Origin: Octopus vulgaris
Taxonomy: Eukaryota
Length of the DNA stretch: 64,000 nt
NCBI GenBank assembly: GCA_951406725.2
Contig: OX597815.1
Location: 165,230,001 to 165,294,000, forward strand
Reading direction: 5' to 3'
Positions 1-14,104 of this stretch are shown one piece after another. The notes under the pieces are model-generated. The model saw only the letters and a list, made by a program, of their open reading frames with translations, did no database searches and was not told where the DNA came from. Position 1 is the first letter of the stretch. Each line of letters opens with the position of its first letter. The position numbers were made by a program, and so were the translations under genes.

Positions 1-145
1 CCACTACTACAGTGACTGTCAATATCAATAAATATATTCATGATCACCACCACCACCATCATCACCACCACCATAATCAATTTATAACCATATCACCATC
101 ATCACCATCTCTACCAGCAGCAGCAGCATCAGCAGCAGCTGAGGG

Positions 146-345
146 CATCTGTAGGTGGTGGTTCAACCTGCTAGAAATAGCAGCCAAATAATATCTCTTC
201 ATAATCACAAAGCAAACCGCCTTAAAAAAAATAGAGGAGACATTAGATAATGTGATCTTAGATAGACCTATATCTTTTAAAAATTGGGGATGGTCGCGGC
301 TGGAATGTTTCGCAACACAGCTGGACTGGGATTTTATAAATAGTA
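146..345 (+). repeat. Old interspersed repeat family E (other pieces at ~2150, 6090, 16625, 18160, 29440, 30400, 34900, 42620 and 44300)
   Basis: Recurrent ctgctagaaatagcagccaaa..gacacattRgataatg..ggatggtc motifs. Confidence 0.6.
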
Positions 346-904
346 AACAAAAACACGAAACACAGCACCACATCAACTTACAATCCTGTGACCACCACCA
401 CCACCACCACCACCAGCAGCAGCAACAACAACAACTACAACAGCAACAATGACAATTCTATCAGCAGCAGCACCCCGCCCAACCACCACCACCACCACCA
501 CCACCACCACCGCCGCCACCAGTGTTGCCTCCCCACCGCCGCGGCCGCCACCCCCATCATCATCATTATCAATATAATAGCCTGTTAGTATAGTAAAAAC
601 AACGGCAGAGATGTTAAGAGGAAGTATAAAACAATTAGGTTAAACCCTCTGTTTATCTTTTTACTTATAATACTTCACTAAGCACTTGTAGACATAACTA
701 TACAAGTAGTATAATACACCCACGTATACAGGCATGCATTGACACAAACACAAACATACGCATACACATATATACATGAATATAAATATGCACAGCCAAG
801 CATTTTACTACAAGCTTCAAAGACGTCCCTCGGCTCGTTAGAAATAGTTGCAAAAATCCTTCATATATCAATCCTACAGTTTTGTATAAGAATTATTTCA
901 AATT

Positions 905-1212
905 TTTACCACAAGGGCAGCTTGGAGAAGGTGGGGATAAGTCAATTACATTGGCCCTCAGTGTTCAACTGGTACTTATTTTATCGACCCCGAAAGGCTG
1001 AAAGGCAAAGTCAACCTCGACAAACAAGGACAGACAAACGGATTAAGTCGATTATATCGACCCCAGTGCGTAACTGGTACTTATTTAATCGACCCCGAAA
1101 GGATGAAAGGCAAAGTCGACCTCGGTGGAATTTGAACTCAGAACGTAGCGGCAGACGAAATACCGCTAAGCATTTCGCCCGGCGAACTAACGATTCTGCC
1201 ATCTCGCTACCT
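905..1212 (-). mobile_element. tRNA-derived SINE family A (Meta-domain-like), partial dimer
   Basis: Minus-strand head ggcgag.tggcagaatcgttag..gagttcaaattcc (A/B boxes) and central gaggtcgactttgcctttcatcctttcggggtcg..taagtaccag. Confidence 0.85.
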
Positions 1213-1231
1213 TAGTAACAGTAATAATGAT

Positions 1232-1266
<35 letters not shown>

Positions 1267-1269
1267 TAG

Positions 1270-1329
<60 letters not shown>

Positions 1330-1369
1330 ATAATAATAACAATAATAATAATAATAATAATAATTACAA

Positions 1370-1740
1370 CAATAGCACTCAGAGAGCGTAAACCTCCGCC
1401 AAAGCAACACCAACGTCCTCTCAACGATTAGCCGGAGATGATTTTTAAAATGAGAATATCTGAAATAAACTCGACTGCTCTAACAAACGAGAATACTAAA
1501 AATGAACCCGACTGCTCTCAAAAATTAAGTAAAAGAAAGAAAACGGAAAAACAATCCAGAATCATATTCCGGTACCGGATCGATCCCAACATCTTATTTG
1601 TTTGTGCCAGTCATAAGGTCAAACATTCCAGAAAATTTCATCCGAATCCATCCAGCGATTCTTGAGATATCTTGTCCACAGACAAATAAACAAACAAACA
1701 AACACAGCTGAAAACAATACCTTCGCTAAAGAGGAGATAA
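1370..1740 (+). mobile_element. Non-autonomous Helentron/DINE-1-like element
   Basis: 5' agcactcagagagcg.aaacctccgcc, internal (ACAA)n near the 3' end, degenerate 3' hairpin accttcgctaaagaggag-ataat; lies in TAA repeats. Confidence 0.5.
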
Positions 1741-1744
1741 TAAT

Positions 1745-1958
1745 TCTTTCTACGGGAAGCACAAGGCCTCAAATTTTGGGGAAGGGATTTAAGTCGATTA
1801 CATCGACCCCAGTGCGTAACTGATACTTATTTAATCGACCCCGAAAAGATAAAAGGCAAGTCGATCTCGGCTGAATTTGAACTCAGAACGTAGCGGCAGG
1901 CGAAATACCGTCAAGCATTTCGTCCAGTGTTCTAATGATTCTGCCAGCTCGCGGCCTT
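1745..1958 (-). mobile_element. SINE family A
   Basis: Same consensus as 905-1212. Confidence 0.85.
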
Positions 1959-1961
1959 CCC

Positions 1962-1998
<37 letters not shown>

Positions 1999-2090
1999 GC
2001 CTACCAATGTATACTATGAGTTTCTTTGCCCTAGGAGTCGGGAAGACACTCGGCAAGAAATGGAAGCAAATTTGAAAGAAGAAAAAAAAA

Positions 2091-2131
<41 letters not shown>

Positions 2132-2566
2132 TAACGAAGAGGAAGACATGTTAGATGATGCAGTTGTAGATATATTTAATGCATGAAGCATAAAAAAAGA
2201 TGCAGCCATGTCTGGAATGTCTTTGATGTAATATAGACCTTCCTGACTTTGGCCAATCTAATAGTAAACAAGAATACGGATACACATAGATGAAAGATAC
2301 AAAGCTAGTGCCTGCTACACATGCAAAGGTATAAATACACTCACGTACGTACGAGCGCACGCACGCACACACACACACACACACATGCATGCACACACAT
2401 TCATACCTGCACACTAAAGTAAGGAAGGTCCAATACAAAATACATCTTAGAAGGAAGCTTATCAATAACAAATTATGGTTTTCAAGAAACAGAACCAAAG
2501 GCTGTTTCTCTCTGCCGCCCCCCCTCTCTCTCTCTCACACACACACACATACTCACATAATCTCTT

Positions 2567-2597
<31 letters not shown>

Positions 2598-2769
2598 CTC
2601 TTTCGTACATACACTCACTCTCTCTCTCTCTCTCTCTCATACACCTTTTCTCTCCTATACACTCTGTCTGTCTATTTATCTGACTCTCTCTTACTGTCTC
2701 TCTCTCTCACACACACACATACACACACACTAGTCAAGCACACATTCTCTCTTAAACACATGCAAACAT

Positions 2770-2804
<35 letters not shown>

Positions 2805-3058
2805 ACTACGCGCACACTCTCATGCACTCAAGCACTCTCTCTCTCTCTCTCTCACACACACATACACTCAAGCACACACACACTCTCTTATACACATTCC
2901 CTCTTATTTTCCTTCCCCTTCTTTCCCTTACTCTATAGCTTTCTCCTACATGATCCTCTATTACTTCCCCACCTTTCTTTCTCTCTATCTTCACTCTTTT
3001 TCTTATCCCCTTCATGATGCGACAGATAACTAAGGTTTTAATTAATATCCTTACGTCT

Positions 3059-3110
<52 letters not shown>

Positions 3111-4445
3111 CTCCCTCTTCCCGTACCAGTAATATACAGGATACATCCCAACAAAGTCTGTCCCCCGCTCCTTTCAACGAAAACCGAGTCATGTATCTTG
3201 GGATATATAGGAATAATAGAAACAATATTGATTTCTTTTTTTAATGTTGTGCCTGCGGTTGGGAGCAAAAGGAAAGTGAAAGAAGGACGAGTCTATCATT
3301 ACTGCTTGTAATGGGACGTTAGGGTAGGATGAGTGGATGAGGAGGGACAGGACGGGGCGGGGTGGGGCTGTCGATGGGGGTGGGGGTGGTGGTGACGGCG
3401 GAGTTTGTTTAGAATGGAACGTTTCAAATGTAGGACAGTAAAATATTCCTGGAAGACGATTGATTTGAGAAACAATTTTGTGCACGAGCGCATATATATA
3501 ATATACATACATACATACATACGTATAAGCAAGCATATGTATGTACACACATGCATCGAGACATACATAGAAACACGCATGCATACATTCATACCTGCAT
3601 GCATGCATACATACATGCATATACACATGTATGCATGCATTCATTCATACAAACAGATACACATGCATGTATACATTCATACATTCACACATCCATGCAT
3701 ACATACATACATGCATACATATACATACATACATACATACATACGTACATGCGTGCACGCATTCATACATATACACATACATGTATTCATTCATACATAC
3801 ATGCATACATGTGTGTGCGCGCGCATGTATATGAAGATGGATCTGCGTCGGATTCGATGACGAGTGTTCCAATTGTTCAATCAAAAGAGCAGAATATTCA
3901 TTGAATTAGCATGCAAGTGGCTGAATATTCCACAGACAAGTATACCCTTAATGCAATTATCGGGGAGAACAAAGATGAGACCTTCAATTACAGGTACAGT
4001 CCATCCGGCGAGTTTCTAATTGTTTCCGTCTACCCGCTCTCAAGATTTGGGGTCGATTTGAAGCTATGCTAAAAGATACTTGCCCATGATACTACTCTGA
4101 GGGATAGAACCCGTGATGTCATAACTGAGAAAAGAACGTCTCAACCATTCGGCCATACATACGACAACACACTCGCACACCCAGTCACATATCACACGTG
4201 TGCGTGTGTGTGTATGTGAACACACATACACACACACACGCATGGTGAAATATCGATATCCATCACTCTTGAATGGGACTAGGAGCGGATTGTGTTACCT
4301 GTCTATGACTTTCAAGTATTTTTAACATCCCGTGCTATGGGGGAGTCGACCCTCAAACGTTAACAAGCAAACACATATATTAAATATGTGCGTTCGATAA
4401 TGTTTACAACACTAGTGCTACTTTTAATTCGTAACTGGTTTTATA

Positions 4446-4499
<54 letters not shown>

Positions 4500-4510
4500 G
4501 TATGTATGTA

Positions 4511-4583
<73 letters not shown>

Positions 4584-5339
4584 GACGCTCAGCATCCAAG
4601 AGAAAAGTCTGAGTCAACTAGTTTTGTCTTTTGTTAAAGCCATCATCAGGATTCGTTTACTTCCTCTTAGCTTTTGAGAGAATGTATTGAGCAATGTTAC
4701 TTTACGAAAACTGTGCACTCCCATCAGGTCAGGTCTTTTCTCATTTACATAGTTGCAAAAAGAATTCGGTTGCATAAACGTAAAATATTCACATGCTTTC
4801 AGATTAAATTTATAATACATATAATCACACACACACACACACAGATACGCGCGCGCGCACACAAGAGAAAGATAAAGACAAAGAGAGAGAGAGGAAGGGT
4901 GAGATGGAGAGGTGATTACATCTGTCACTTTATACCATTCATGAGGATAAGCAGTATACTCTCCAAATAGTCTCGGTCGTAGAAAGATGTCTCCAGAGTT
5001 TGGTGCTGATGCTCTTTTCTGCCATCTTTCACTTTGTTGTGTCATTTTAAAGCACAGTTGATGCCTTCGTTGTGATGTTTGCCATTTGCCGACTGGGGAA
5101 CTGTGAGAACAGCAACTGGCTTAATAGGCGATGTGTGCACCCCATACATTGTATTACATATAGGAAGCTCACACACATGCGCAGTAATCCACCAAACATG
5201 CTGGTACACACACACACACACACACACACACAACACGCGCATACACACTGCTCATCATGTAGCAATAACACTAGAAAGTGAAAGAGCTACAGCAATATGA
5301 AGGGCGGGGAGTAACTGTGTCATATTCATTTTCTTCTTA

Positions 5340-5790
5340 CATCTCCACCTCCTCCTCCTCTTCCTTTTTTTCTTCATCTTCTTCTCTTCCTCCTCCTGAT
5401 CATCATTATCATGATAATCACCATCAACATTATCCCTTAGTAAAGTCATCGAAATTCACATTATCAGCACGCTTATCACCACCGCCACCACCACCACCAC
5501 CGCCACCACCGTCGCCGCCGCCGCCGCCGCCACCACCACCACCACCACCACCTCCGTCACCGCCGCCACCACCACCAATGGCAGCAGCATCGATCCAATG
5601 TCAGCATTTTACAATAGCAAGTTCTCTCTCAAGAGGTTCCCTACATCTCAACCACTACCATTAGAACGACGACGACGACCATCAACACCACCACCACCAC
5701 CATCACCACCACGAGTTCCAAGTCTCTTCTGCTCCTCCTCCTCCTCCTACTCCTACTCCTCCACCACGACCACCACCATTACTACCACAG
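5340..5790. repeat. Trinucleotide repeat block (CCT/CAT/CCA/CCG/CGA)
   Basis: Direct reading; source of the poly-Pro ORF. Confidence 0.9.
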
Positions 5791-6238
5791 GCAGCTGGCT
5801 GCTAATGTCAACATCCACAAGGGATCGAATCGATCGAAACAATAAGAGAATCACGAATCAGACTCGGGATATCATTATGTTGTAGAATGTGCATGTATTA
5901 AAGTGTGTGTACGTGTGTACACGTGGTTGCATGTTTTTATGAGTGCATTAAGGATGGGAGGTGCAGAGTAGATGCATACCGAGTGCAAAAACAAACGAAC
6001 AAAAAAAAAAAACAGCTCGATAGGAGCTCACACAACCGATTCCATTGGAAATGCAACCTTGTATCATTGATAAGAAACATGAATATGTGCTGTTGTTCTT
6101 GTTGTTTAGCCCTGGGTCGACCTTGATCGAACAGACCTAATATCAAATAAGTTAAAGCCTTCATCATACTGTCTTTTTAAACAGCGTTCAGGATGTCATT
6201 GGTTGATACAACCTTTTTCTTTTTATATATAATGTGTG

Positions 6239-6456
6239 CATGGGCCCGGGAGCAGGGGGCGCGAGGGGGTGGGTGGTGAAAACGCACCTCCTAAAATTTT
6301 TGTCAGGTGCAAAATCAAAATGTAGGAGTGGCTGTGTGGTAAGTAGCTCGCTTACGAACCACATGGTTCCGGGTTCAGTCCCACTGCGTGGCACCTTCGG
6401 ACCGACCAAAGCCTTGTGAGTGGATTTGGTAGACGGAAACTGAAAGAAGCCCGTCG

Positions 6457-6489
<33 letters not shown>

Positions 6490-6870
6490 ATATATATGTA
6501 TGTGTATGTATATATGTTTATGTACCTGTGTTTACGTCCCCATAACTTAGCGGTTCGGCAAAAAGAGACTGATAGAATAAGTACTAGGCTTACAAAGAAT
6601 AAGTCGTGGAGTCGATTTGCTCGACTAAAGGCGGTGCTCCAGCATGGCCACAGCCACAGTCAAATGACTGAAACAAGTAAAAGAGTAAAAGACCCCTATT
6701 TACTTTTCTCAGGTTTAGAAAACAGTGCATAAAAAGTGATCTGTAAAAAGTAGCTGGAAGTTAGGTTTCTTCTCAAAGAACAAAGAACAAAAATATAAAA
6801 AAAAAAACTCTGTAAAAAAATTTGAACTTGGGTTTGCACCCACTAAACTGATTTCGTTCCCGAGCCAGTG
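6239..6870. mobile_element. hAT-type MITE interrupted by SINE B
   Basis: TIRs catgggcccgggagc / gttcccgagccagtg; 8-bp flanks aatgtgtg / aacatgtg. Confidence 0.6.
6321..6690 (+). mobile_element. tRNA-derived CORE-like SINE family B with internal microsatellite
   Basis: Head ggagtggctgtgtggtaag..ggttcagtccc; family CORE-like gcaccttgggcaagtgtc (partly deleted in this copy); tail ..gactgaaacaagtaaaagagtaaaa. Confidence 0.85.
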
Positions 6871-6910
6871 AACATGTGTTCAGGAATGCTAAAGTAAGGG
6901 TAGTATAGGT

Positions 6911-7097
6911 CAGTGCTCCGCAACCTTTTTTTCACTAGCGGTACACTTATATTCTTTTCAAAATTCGGCGGTACACCTGAACTAATAATATATCGCTAAA
7001 AGTATAGGGGAAAATTATATTTAGTTTTCACTGCGGCACACCTAGCATCGTTTCGTGGCACACCAGTGTGCCGCGGCATACTAGTTACGGAGCACTG
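6911..7097. mobile_element. hAT (Charlie-like) MITE
   Basis: TIRs cagtgctccgcaac / gttacggagcactg. Confidence 0.75.
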
Positions 7098-7383
7098 AAA
7101 TAGATAGTTACAAGGTGGGGGTTTAGATAATGCGAAACTTAAAACTCCAACTCCTTCATATAGGGAAGGTAGCTTTGATGTAGGAAGTTGGGTATAAAGA
7201 TGATTTTTGTCGAGCGAGCATGGAAGCACACTCGTGATAATACGATTTCGTATCACGGAACTCTCAAAATCCCTGCCAGTTTATCCACCATTGATAAACG
7301 TCATCACATATAATACAGATGGCTATAGCACCAGTCATTGTTTATCTGTATCATCACCAGCTTGTCTTTTTGTATGTCCACAA

Positions 7384-7621
7384 GAAGTGGCTGTGTGGTA
7401 AGTAGGTTGCTTACGAATCCCATGGTTCCGGGTTCAGTCCCACTGCGTGGCACCTTGGGCAAGTGTCTTCTACTATAGTCTCGGGCCGACCAAAGCCTTG
7501 TGAGTGGAGTTGGTAGACAGAAACTGAAAGAAGCCCGTCATATTCTTTCCTGAGCGTCCAATAATACTTTATTTGTTCCGCGTCCTTGCGTTGATGTCTT
7601 TTTGTTTTCTTGTTTGGATTA

Positions 7622-7656
<35 letters not shown>

Positions 7657-7970
7657 TTATATATAGAGGGCATTATACATACATGCCAGATGGCATATAG
7701 ATGCCACACGCTAAGAGGGACAATTAGTCATTTCTACCAAAAATATTACTAATCCCACCGAATGCAATTTTTCAAAGTAAGACATTTAAAAATATAGACC
7801 TGTATCACCGTGATTTAATACTTACGTATTCATCAGCAGGCCTGGATGTATCATACATAAACGACCCTGCCTCGCTTAAGCCGATCAGCTAACTGATCAA
7901 TAGGTTTTCACGCTATCTACCTGACAATTTCTTGTTAAGTTTTCCTTATTAAGTAGTTGTCCTTAATTGC

Positions 7971-8001
<31 letters not shown>

Positions 8002-8222
8002 CTATGTGTATGTGCCTGTTTGTCTGTGTATGTACACCCAACATCGCTTGACAACCGATGCTAGTGTGTTTACGTCCCCATAACTTAGCGGTTCGGCAAA
8101 AGAGACCGATAGAATAAGTACTAGGCTTGCAAAGAATAAGTCCTGGGGTCGATTTGCTCGACTAAAGGCGGTGCTCCAGCATGGCCGCAGTCAAATGACT
8201 GAAACAAAAGAGCAAAAGAGTA
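7384..8222 (+). mobile_element. SINE family B split at its internal microsatellite by a ~430-bp insert
   Basis: 5' half ~7384-7540 and 3' half ~7990-8222. Confidence 0.7.
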
Positions 8223-8834
8223 AATATTGTCCAGTGTTTCCCAACCTTTTCGAAATGGCAGGTCGTGATTTGAGGAAGGTTTGGCTACTATTTTTAACGA
8301 ATTGATTGACTGTGTGGAGACTCCTTCCTTGGCCACTGGAATGTGCTTTGTGAATAACTGCTATAACAAAATAAATAAATAAAAATAAAAAGCAAAAAAC
8401 AAAACCCCCAAACACGGAAATGCTGCTAAATTTGAGTTAATAAATCGGTTTCCCGGAGAGGACAATAAATTATAAAAGGGGAGAGATGGGGAGGTGTTTC
8501 AAATGTCATAGTTAACTACGTGATGGTGAGGTTATGCTAGTATTCATCTTAACTATTTGTTGAATCGTATGGGAACTGCGTAAAATTCTCAGAGAAGCGC
8601 AAGCGGTTAAAAAGTTAATTAGTTATTTGCTTTTGGTCAACACTAATTATTTATGTACACTTATATCTGAATGTGCATGTGTGTATTTATGCAATGATTT
8701 ATGTGTGTGTGTGTGTTTGCGTGTGCGTGTGTATGCGCACGCGCGTTTAACTCTCAAATATACTTATGCACAGAGAATTACAAGAAGGAACAAGTCCAGT
8801 AGGAGCCCCATGGCGGTGATACAAACAACCAAAA

Positions 8835-9478
8835 CAGTGTTGCTCAACCATTTAAAAAATTTTTATCTATGGACCCCTTTGATTCATATTTTTCTTGGAT
8901 GGACCTTCCCAGCCATTCAATGTTTAAAAAATTCTATTATATTTTTGTATTTAAATATTAGGAATTACTCTTTACTCTCTTTAACTTGTTTTAGGCATTT
9001 GACTGCGGCCATGCTGGAGCACCGCCTTTAGTCGAGCAAACCGACCCCAAGACTTATTCTTTGTAAGCCTAGTTCTTATTCTATCGGTCTCTTTTGCCGA
9101 ACCGCTAAGTTACGGGGACGTGAACGCACCAGCATCGGTTGTCAAGTGATGTTGGGGGATGGGGGGGACAAACATAGACACACAAACATATACACACACA
9201 CACATACATATATACGACGGGCTTCTTTCAGTTTCCGTCTACCAAATGCACTCCCAAGGCTTTGGTCAGCCCGAAGCTATAATAGAAGACACTTGCCCAA
9301 GGTGCCATGTGGTTGGTAAGCAAGCTACTTACCACACAGCCACTCCGTATAAAAAATTGTTAAAATATTTTGTGTATTGTAGAAGTAAAACCAATTTATT
9401 GAACATACATTTTAATATCAAAATCTGACATGGATCCATCCCTACCACGGTCGTATGGATCCCAGTTCGGAACCACTG
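8835..9478. mobile_element. hAT (Charlie-like) MITE interrupted by SINE B; related to 51479-51824
   Basis: cagtgttgctcaacc / gttcggaaccactg; flanks aaccaaaa / aactaaag. Confidence 0.65.
8966..9347 (-). mobile_element. SINE family B nested in a hAT MITE
   Basis: Reverse complement of the family B consensus. Confidence 0.85.
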
Positions 9479-9540
9479 AACTAAAGAAAGCATTCAGAAA
9501 GTTTAATACCGAAGTTTCCTCGTGGATTCGTCATGCAGCT

Positions 9541-9698
9541 CAGAGGCGTAGCTAGAGTGTATGTGCCACCCGGTGGCAACGTTTGAGTTTCTGCCCCCAC
9601 GTGTCCGCTATACATGTTTAAACATCAAATCCAAGAGTGCCGCCCCAATAAAAGCGTCGTTGCCCAGGGCGAACCACATCTCACTAGCTACGCTACTG
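9541..9698. mobile_element. hAT-type MITE
   Basis: TIRs cagaggcgtagctag / ctagctacgctactg; flanks atgcagct / aagtagct. Confidence 0.75.
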
Positions 9699-9985
9699 AA
9701 GTAGCTAATATGCTTTAAAGAGGTAAATGATATTCCTCGTTGAATGCGACTTCGTTGAAATTAACCTTGAAGAAGAGGCTGACAGAAAGAGATATTAAAC
9801 AGAGGGGACAGGACGAGAACCGGGGCTCTCTGATCCAGTTGAGTTTCAAGTCTCATCTTTGCTGTCAGCTCACTTTTGTGTCAAAACGTTCTTATAGAGA
9901 CGTTTCAGAATATATTGATAAATTTAATCCAAATTATCCACATCGAGATATACCAACGATGATATGTGTGTGTGTGTGTATGTAT

Positions 9986-11487
9986 GTTAGTTAGTTAGTT
10001 AGTTAGTTAATTTGGCTCAAAAGCAAATAGCAAGGCCATGTAGGGGGACATAGAGTTAAGTACAGGGTGGTGTTCATGTAAAGAGTTCAGGCCACTTGAG
10101 GTCCAGGGAGGCTTTGAACAAAGCGGTCGTCGGCATCTTCACCATCTCGTCTGGCAGCTTATTCCACGGATCCGCAACCCGGCGGAGAAAGCTCCTCTCC
10201 TTCGATTGAGATGAAATCGTCGCAGGTAGAGCTTTTCGGAATGACCCCGCAGCCGACGCTCCGGAGCAGGAGTGAAGAACAGCTCTTTCGAGAGGTTACA
10301 CTTCCCACTTATGATGTTGTGGGCGAGAATGAGATCACCACGGCGGTGGCGTTTTTCAAGAGAATAAAGGTCGAGCGTCCTCAGCCTTTCTTCGTAGGAC
10401 AAATTTTTGAGACCATGAACCATGCGGGTAGCCAGCCTCTGGACTCTTTCGAGATGCTGTATGTCTTTGAGGAGATAAGGAGAAGAGGCTTGAATCCCAT
10501 ACTCCAATATGGGTTTCACCAGCGTGACATAGAGTGGTAGGAATATGGCTGCTGTGAGCATTCCGAATGACCGTCGAATCAAAAACAGAATTCCGCGCGC
10601 TTTGTTGGCAGCATGGACGCACTGGGCCGAAGGCGAAAAGGAGGAATCCACCAAGATACCCAGGTCCTTTACCTGATCGGTCCTCTCCAGCAGCAGACGA
10701 CCCGGCTCGAAATCAAGTTGAGTTGCAGGAGTAGAGCCGACAGGCAGATGACAGCACTTTGACACGTTCAGACACAGGTCCCAATCGTTAGACCACTTCC
10801 AAATTTGGTGGAGGCATCGACGAAGATCCTCTATACTACCGCGAGGAGCGACCAGTTTGATATCGTCGGCAAATAGAAGGGTGTATTGAGTGAGGTCGTC
10901 GGGCAAGTCATTTATGAAGACTAAGAACAACAAGGGCCCAAGCACTGAACCTTGAGGCACGCCACTGCTCGCACTGGAGACGTCGGACCGCGAACCATTA
11001 ACTTGAACTTGGAAGGAGCGATCTGAGAGGAAGGCACCAACCCATCGTACAATATCCGGATGGAAACTGTATGCTTGAAGCTTGACAAGTAGTAGGCGGT
11101 GGTTTACCGAGTCAAAAGCTTTGGCAAAGTCCAATAAAACGATGTCAACAGCATCACTATCATCGAGGATGCGCGTCACCAATTCTTCCATTACTAGTAA
11201 GTTGGTCAAGCATGATCTCTTCGGCACGAAGCCGTGTTGGGAATCAGTGATCGAGGCTGTGTTTAGGAGGTGGAGCATCATACTTTTCTTAAGGATGGTT
11301 TCGAACATCTTGCTGATTATTGATGTAAGGGAAACTGGTTGGTAGTTAAGCGGGTCTTCGCGGCTCCCTTTCTTGAAAATTGGGCAGATTATCGCTGTTC
11401 TCCAGTCTGCAGGTATAACACCCGTCGCCAATGACATATTGAATAGTCGTGTTAAGGGCTCGCAGATGACCGAAGCCAACGCTTTGA
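9986..11487 (-). mobile_element. 5'-truncated CR1-clade LINE: RT domain, C-terminus, 3'UTR and (TAAC)n tail
   Basis: ORF 10139..11572 has RT motifs QHGF..RSCLTNL, LDFAKAFDSV, GVPQGSVLGPLLF and FADD, plus the CR1-type C-terminus (LERVQRLATR, RLRGH). A 1-bp deletion near 10183 hides the true end ...ADPWNKLPDEMVKMPTTALFKASLDLKWPELFT* (stop at 10074-10076). The ORF's N-terminal HTYI run is flanking microsatellite. Confidence 0.93.
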
Positions 11488-11675
11488 TGTATGTATGTAT
11501 GTATGTATGTATGTATGTATGTATGTATGTATGTATGTATGTATGTATGTATGTATGTATGTATGCATGCATGTATGTATGTATGTATGTATGTATGCAT
11601 GCATGTATGTATGTATGTATGTATGTCTGTATGTATGTATGTATGTATGTATGTATGTATGTATGTATGTATGTA

Positions 11676-12441
11676 TGTCTCTTCTATTTTTTTAAAAATT
11701 ATTATAAATCTTCCACCGAGGAGGGAGCCGGTTTCTAACAATCATACAAGGCTCCATCTTTGGGATGTAGTTAACACAGACAAATTTACATTTGGAACTT
11801 GAGAAAAGTCTTGCATCATTTTACTGTTCCACTCACAGATTGCACTTGTAATGTACGAATTAGCCAGTCGATTTCTCTTTCTGAAAATCCCAGTTTATCC
11901 AGATTCTCCTTTAAGCATTTACTAACAAAACTTAGTGCTCCAATTATTATTGGTATGAATATGGATTCATAGTCTGGATATAGAAGCTGGAGGTTTCGAA
12001 GCAGTTGTCCATAGATATCCTCTTTTTCTTTGAATTTCATATTGATATTTATATCTGCAGGGCAGCTGACCTCTATGATAGTACATACCTTTGCCCCTCT
12101 GTCTCAAACAACAATATCCGGCCTGTTATGTCTACATTTGACACAAGTTTTGATGGGAATATTCCACCAGTATTCCTTGAGTTGGTGTTTATGAATGTAT
12201 TCCATAACAGAGGGATTTCCTAAGTTTATTTCCGGACAGTCTTTTTTGCGGATGGCATTGTAAATTGTTTTAGCAATAGCATCATGCCGCATAGGGAGGT
12301 AGTACCGTGACGACATGTGTGATGTCTTCCACAGAAACATGACATAGCCTACACATGCGTTAGCACCTTTGGTTTACAAGAGCGTCACTATCTCTCTAGT
12401 TCACCAGGTACTCTGTGGCAATCTCTTGTTCCTGGATTGCA
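11676..12441 (-). mobile_element. 3' fragment of an R4/Dong-like non-LTR retrotransposon (zinc knuckle plus restriction-like endonuclease), disrupted
   Basis: Joined reading: AIQEQEIAT..CRLCHVSVEDITH..RHDAIAKTIY..HNRPDIVV..IIEVSCPAD..EKEDIY..PIIIGALS..GTVK*CKTFL, with stops and a frameshift. 3'UTR abuts (CATA)n. Confidence 0.85.
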
Positions 12442-12879
12442 TGTATCAGTGTATTAAAACGAAGTTTGTATGCGTTGTTAGCAAGCATTGTTATATATGA
12501 TGATGTATATATAAGTCCTGTTTATTTACCATTAATATATCCATACGCATTACCCCATCTGCACATACAAAAATGTATGTGAATGGGTCAGTGCGTGAGT
12601 GAGTGAGTGTATGTGTGTGTAAGAGATAGGGAGAGAGAGATAGGGAGAGAGAGATAGGGAGAGAGAGATAGGGATAGAGAGAAGGAGAGAGAGATAGAGA
12701 GCGTGTGCCTAGGAAATGTGTGTGTATGAGTGTTCATTCACTTTGCCGATATTTAGTGGAAATATGGAAAACGTACATAAGGCTGTTGTTTATTAATTAA
12801 TTTTCATTTCAGTTTATTTTTAGGTTTCGAAATAACTTAATCTTCCTCCTCCCTACACAGACACTCTCTCCCTCTCTCT

Positions 12880-12919
<40 letters not shown>

Positions 12920-13133
12920 ACATATAGATATGTACATATACATACATACCGACACACACACAGAGGGGAGAGATTCAGTTACTTCCATACCTAAATATAA
13001 CACACATGACACATATATATATATATGTGTGTATGTCTGTGTACATACACACACACGTATGTATATCATATAATAATATATAGATATATATATATTATAT
13101 GATATATATATATGTACAGTATATATACATAAG

Positions 13134-13530
13134 TGTGTGTAGTAGCTTGCTAACCAACCCCATGGTTCCGGGTTCAGTCCCACTGCGTGGCATCTTGGGC
13201 AAGTGTCTTCTGCTATAGCCTCGGGCCGACCAATGCCTTGTGAGTGAATTTGGTAGACGGAAACTGAAAGAAGCCTGTCGTATATATGTATATATATATA
13301 TATATGTATGTGTGTGTATATGTTTGTGTGTCTGTGTTTGTCCCCCCTAGCATTGCTTGACAACCGATGCTGGTGTGTTTACGTCCCCGTCACTTAGCGG
13401 TTCGGCAAAAGAGACCGATAGAATAAGTACTGGGCTTACAAAGAATAAGTCCCGGGGTCGAGTTGCTCGACTAAAGGCGGTGCTCCAGCATGGCCGCAGT
13501 CAAATGACTGAAACAAGTAAAAGAGTAAAG
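13134..13530 (+). mobile_element. SINE family B
   Basis: Consensus match. Confidence 0.88.
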
Positions 13531-13569
13531 AGTATATGTTATATATATTTGCATATGTGTGTGTGAGTG

Positions 13570-13617
<48 letters not shown>

Positions 13618-13867
13618 CACAACACCTACCGGTACACATTGCCTTCCGTTAGTGATGAAAAAGTGTTAAGGGTCTTCTGATATACAGCAAGAGTGTAATT
13701 ATTATAATCTAGAGATAGATATAAAAATTATATCATGAAGAACATGTAAGCAAAATGTATTTTGTAGACACAAGTATATGAAAATTATTGGAAACTTAGG
13801 TCACTGCACTAAACAATGACGACGACGACGACGACGAAGCTGCTGCTGCTGCTGCTGCTGCCGATAT

Positions 13868-13935
<68 letters not shown>

Positions 13936-14031
13936 ACGATGAGAAACGGAGACTCTGGCCTGTTCTGATTGAGTAGGTCTTAATATAGATATATAATAAA
14001 AACGGAGCATATATGCATATGATAGAGAAAT

Positions 14032-14102
<71 letters not shown>

Positions 14103-14104
14103 CA

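Noticed and set aside
5278-5885. Poly-Pro/poly-Ser ORFs resembling formin or extensin
   Set aside because: Pure trinucleotide repeats with no flanking domain or splice support.
10211-11345. Plus-strand ORFs 10211..10540 and 11082..11345
   Set aside because: Antisense shadows of the CR1 RT.
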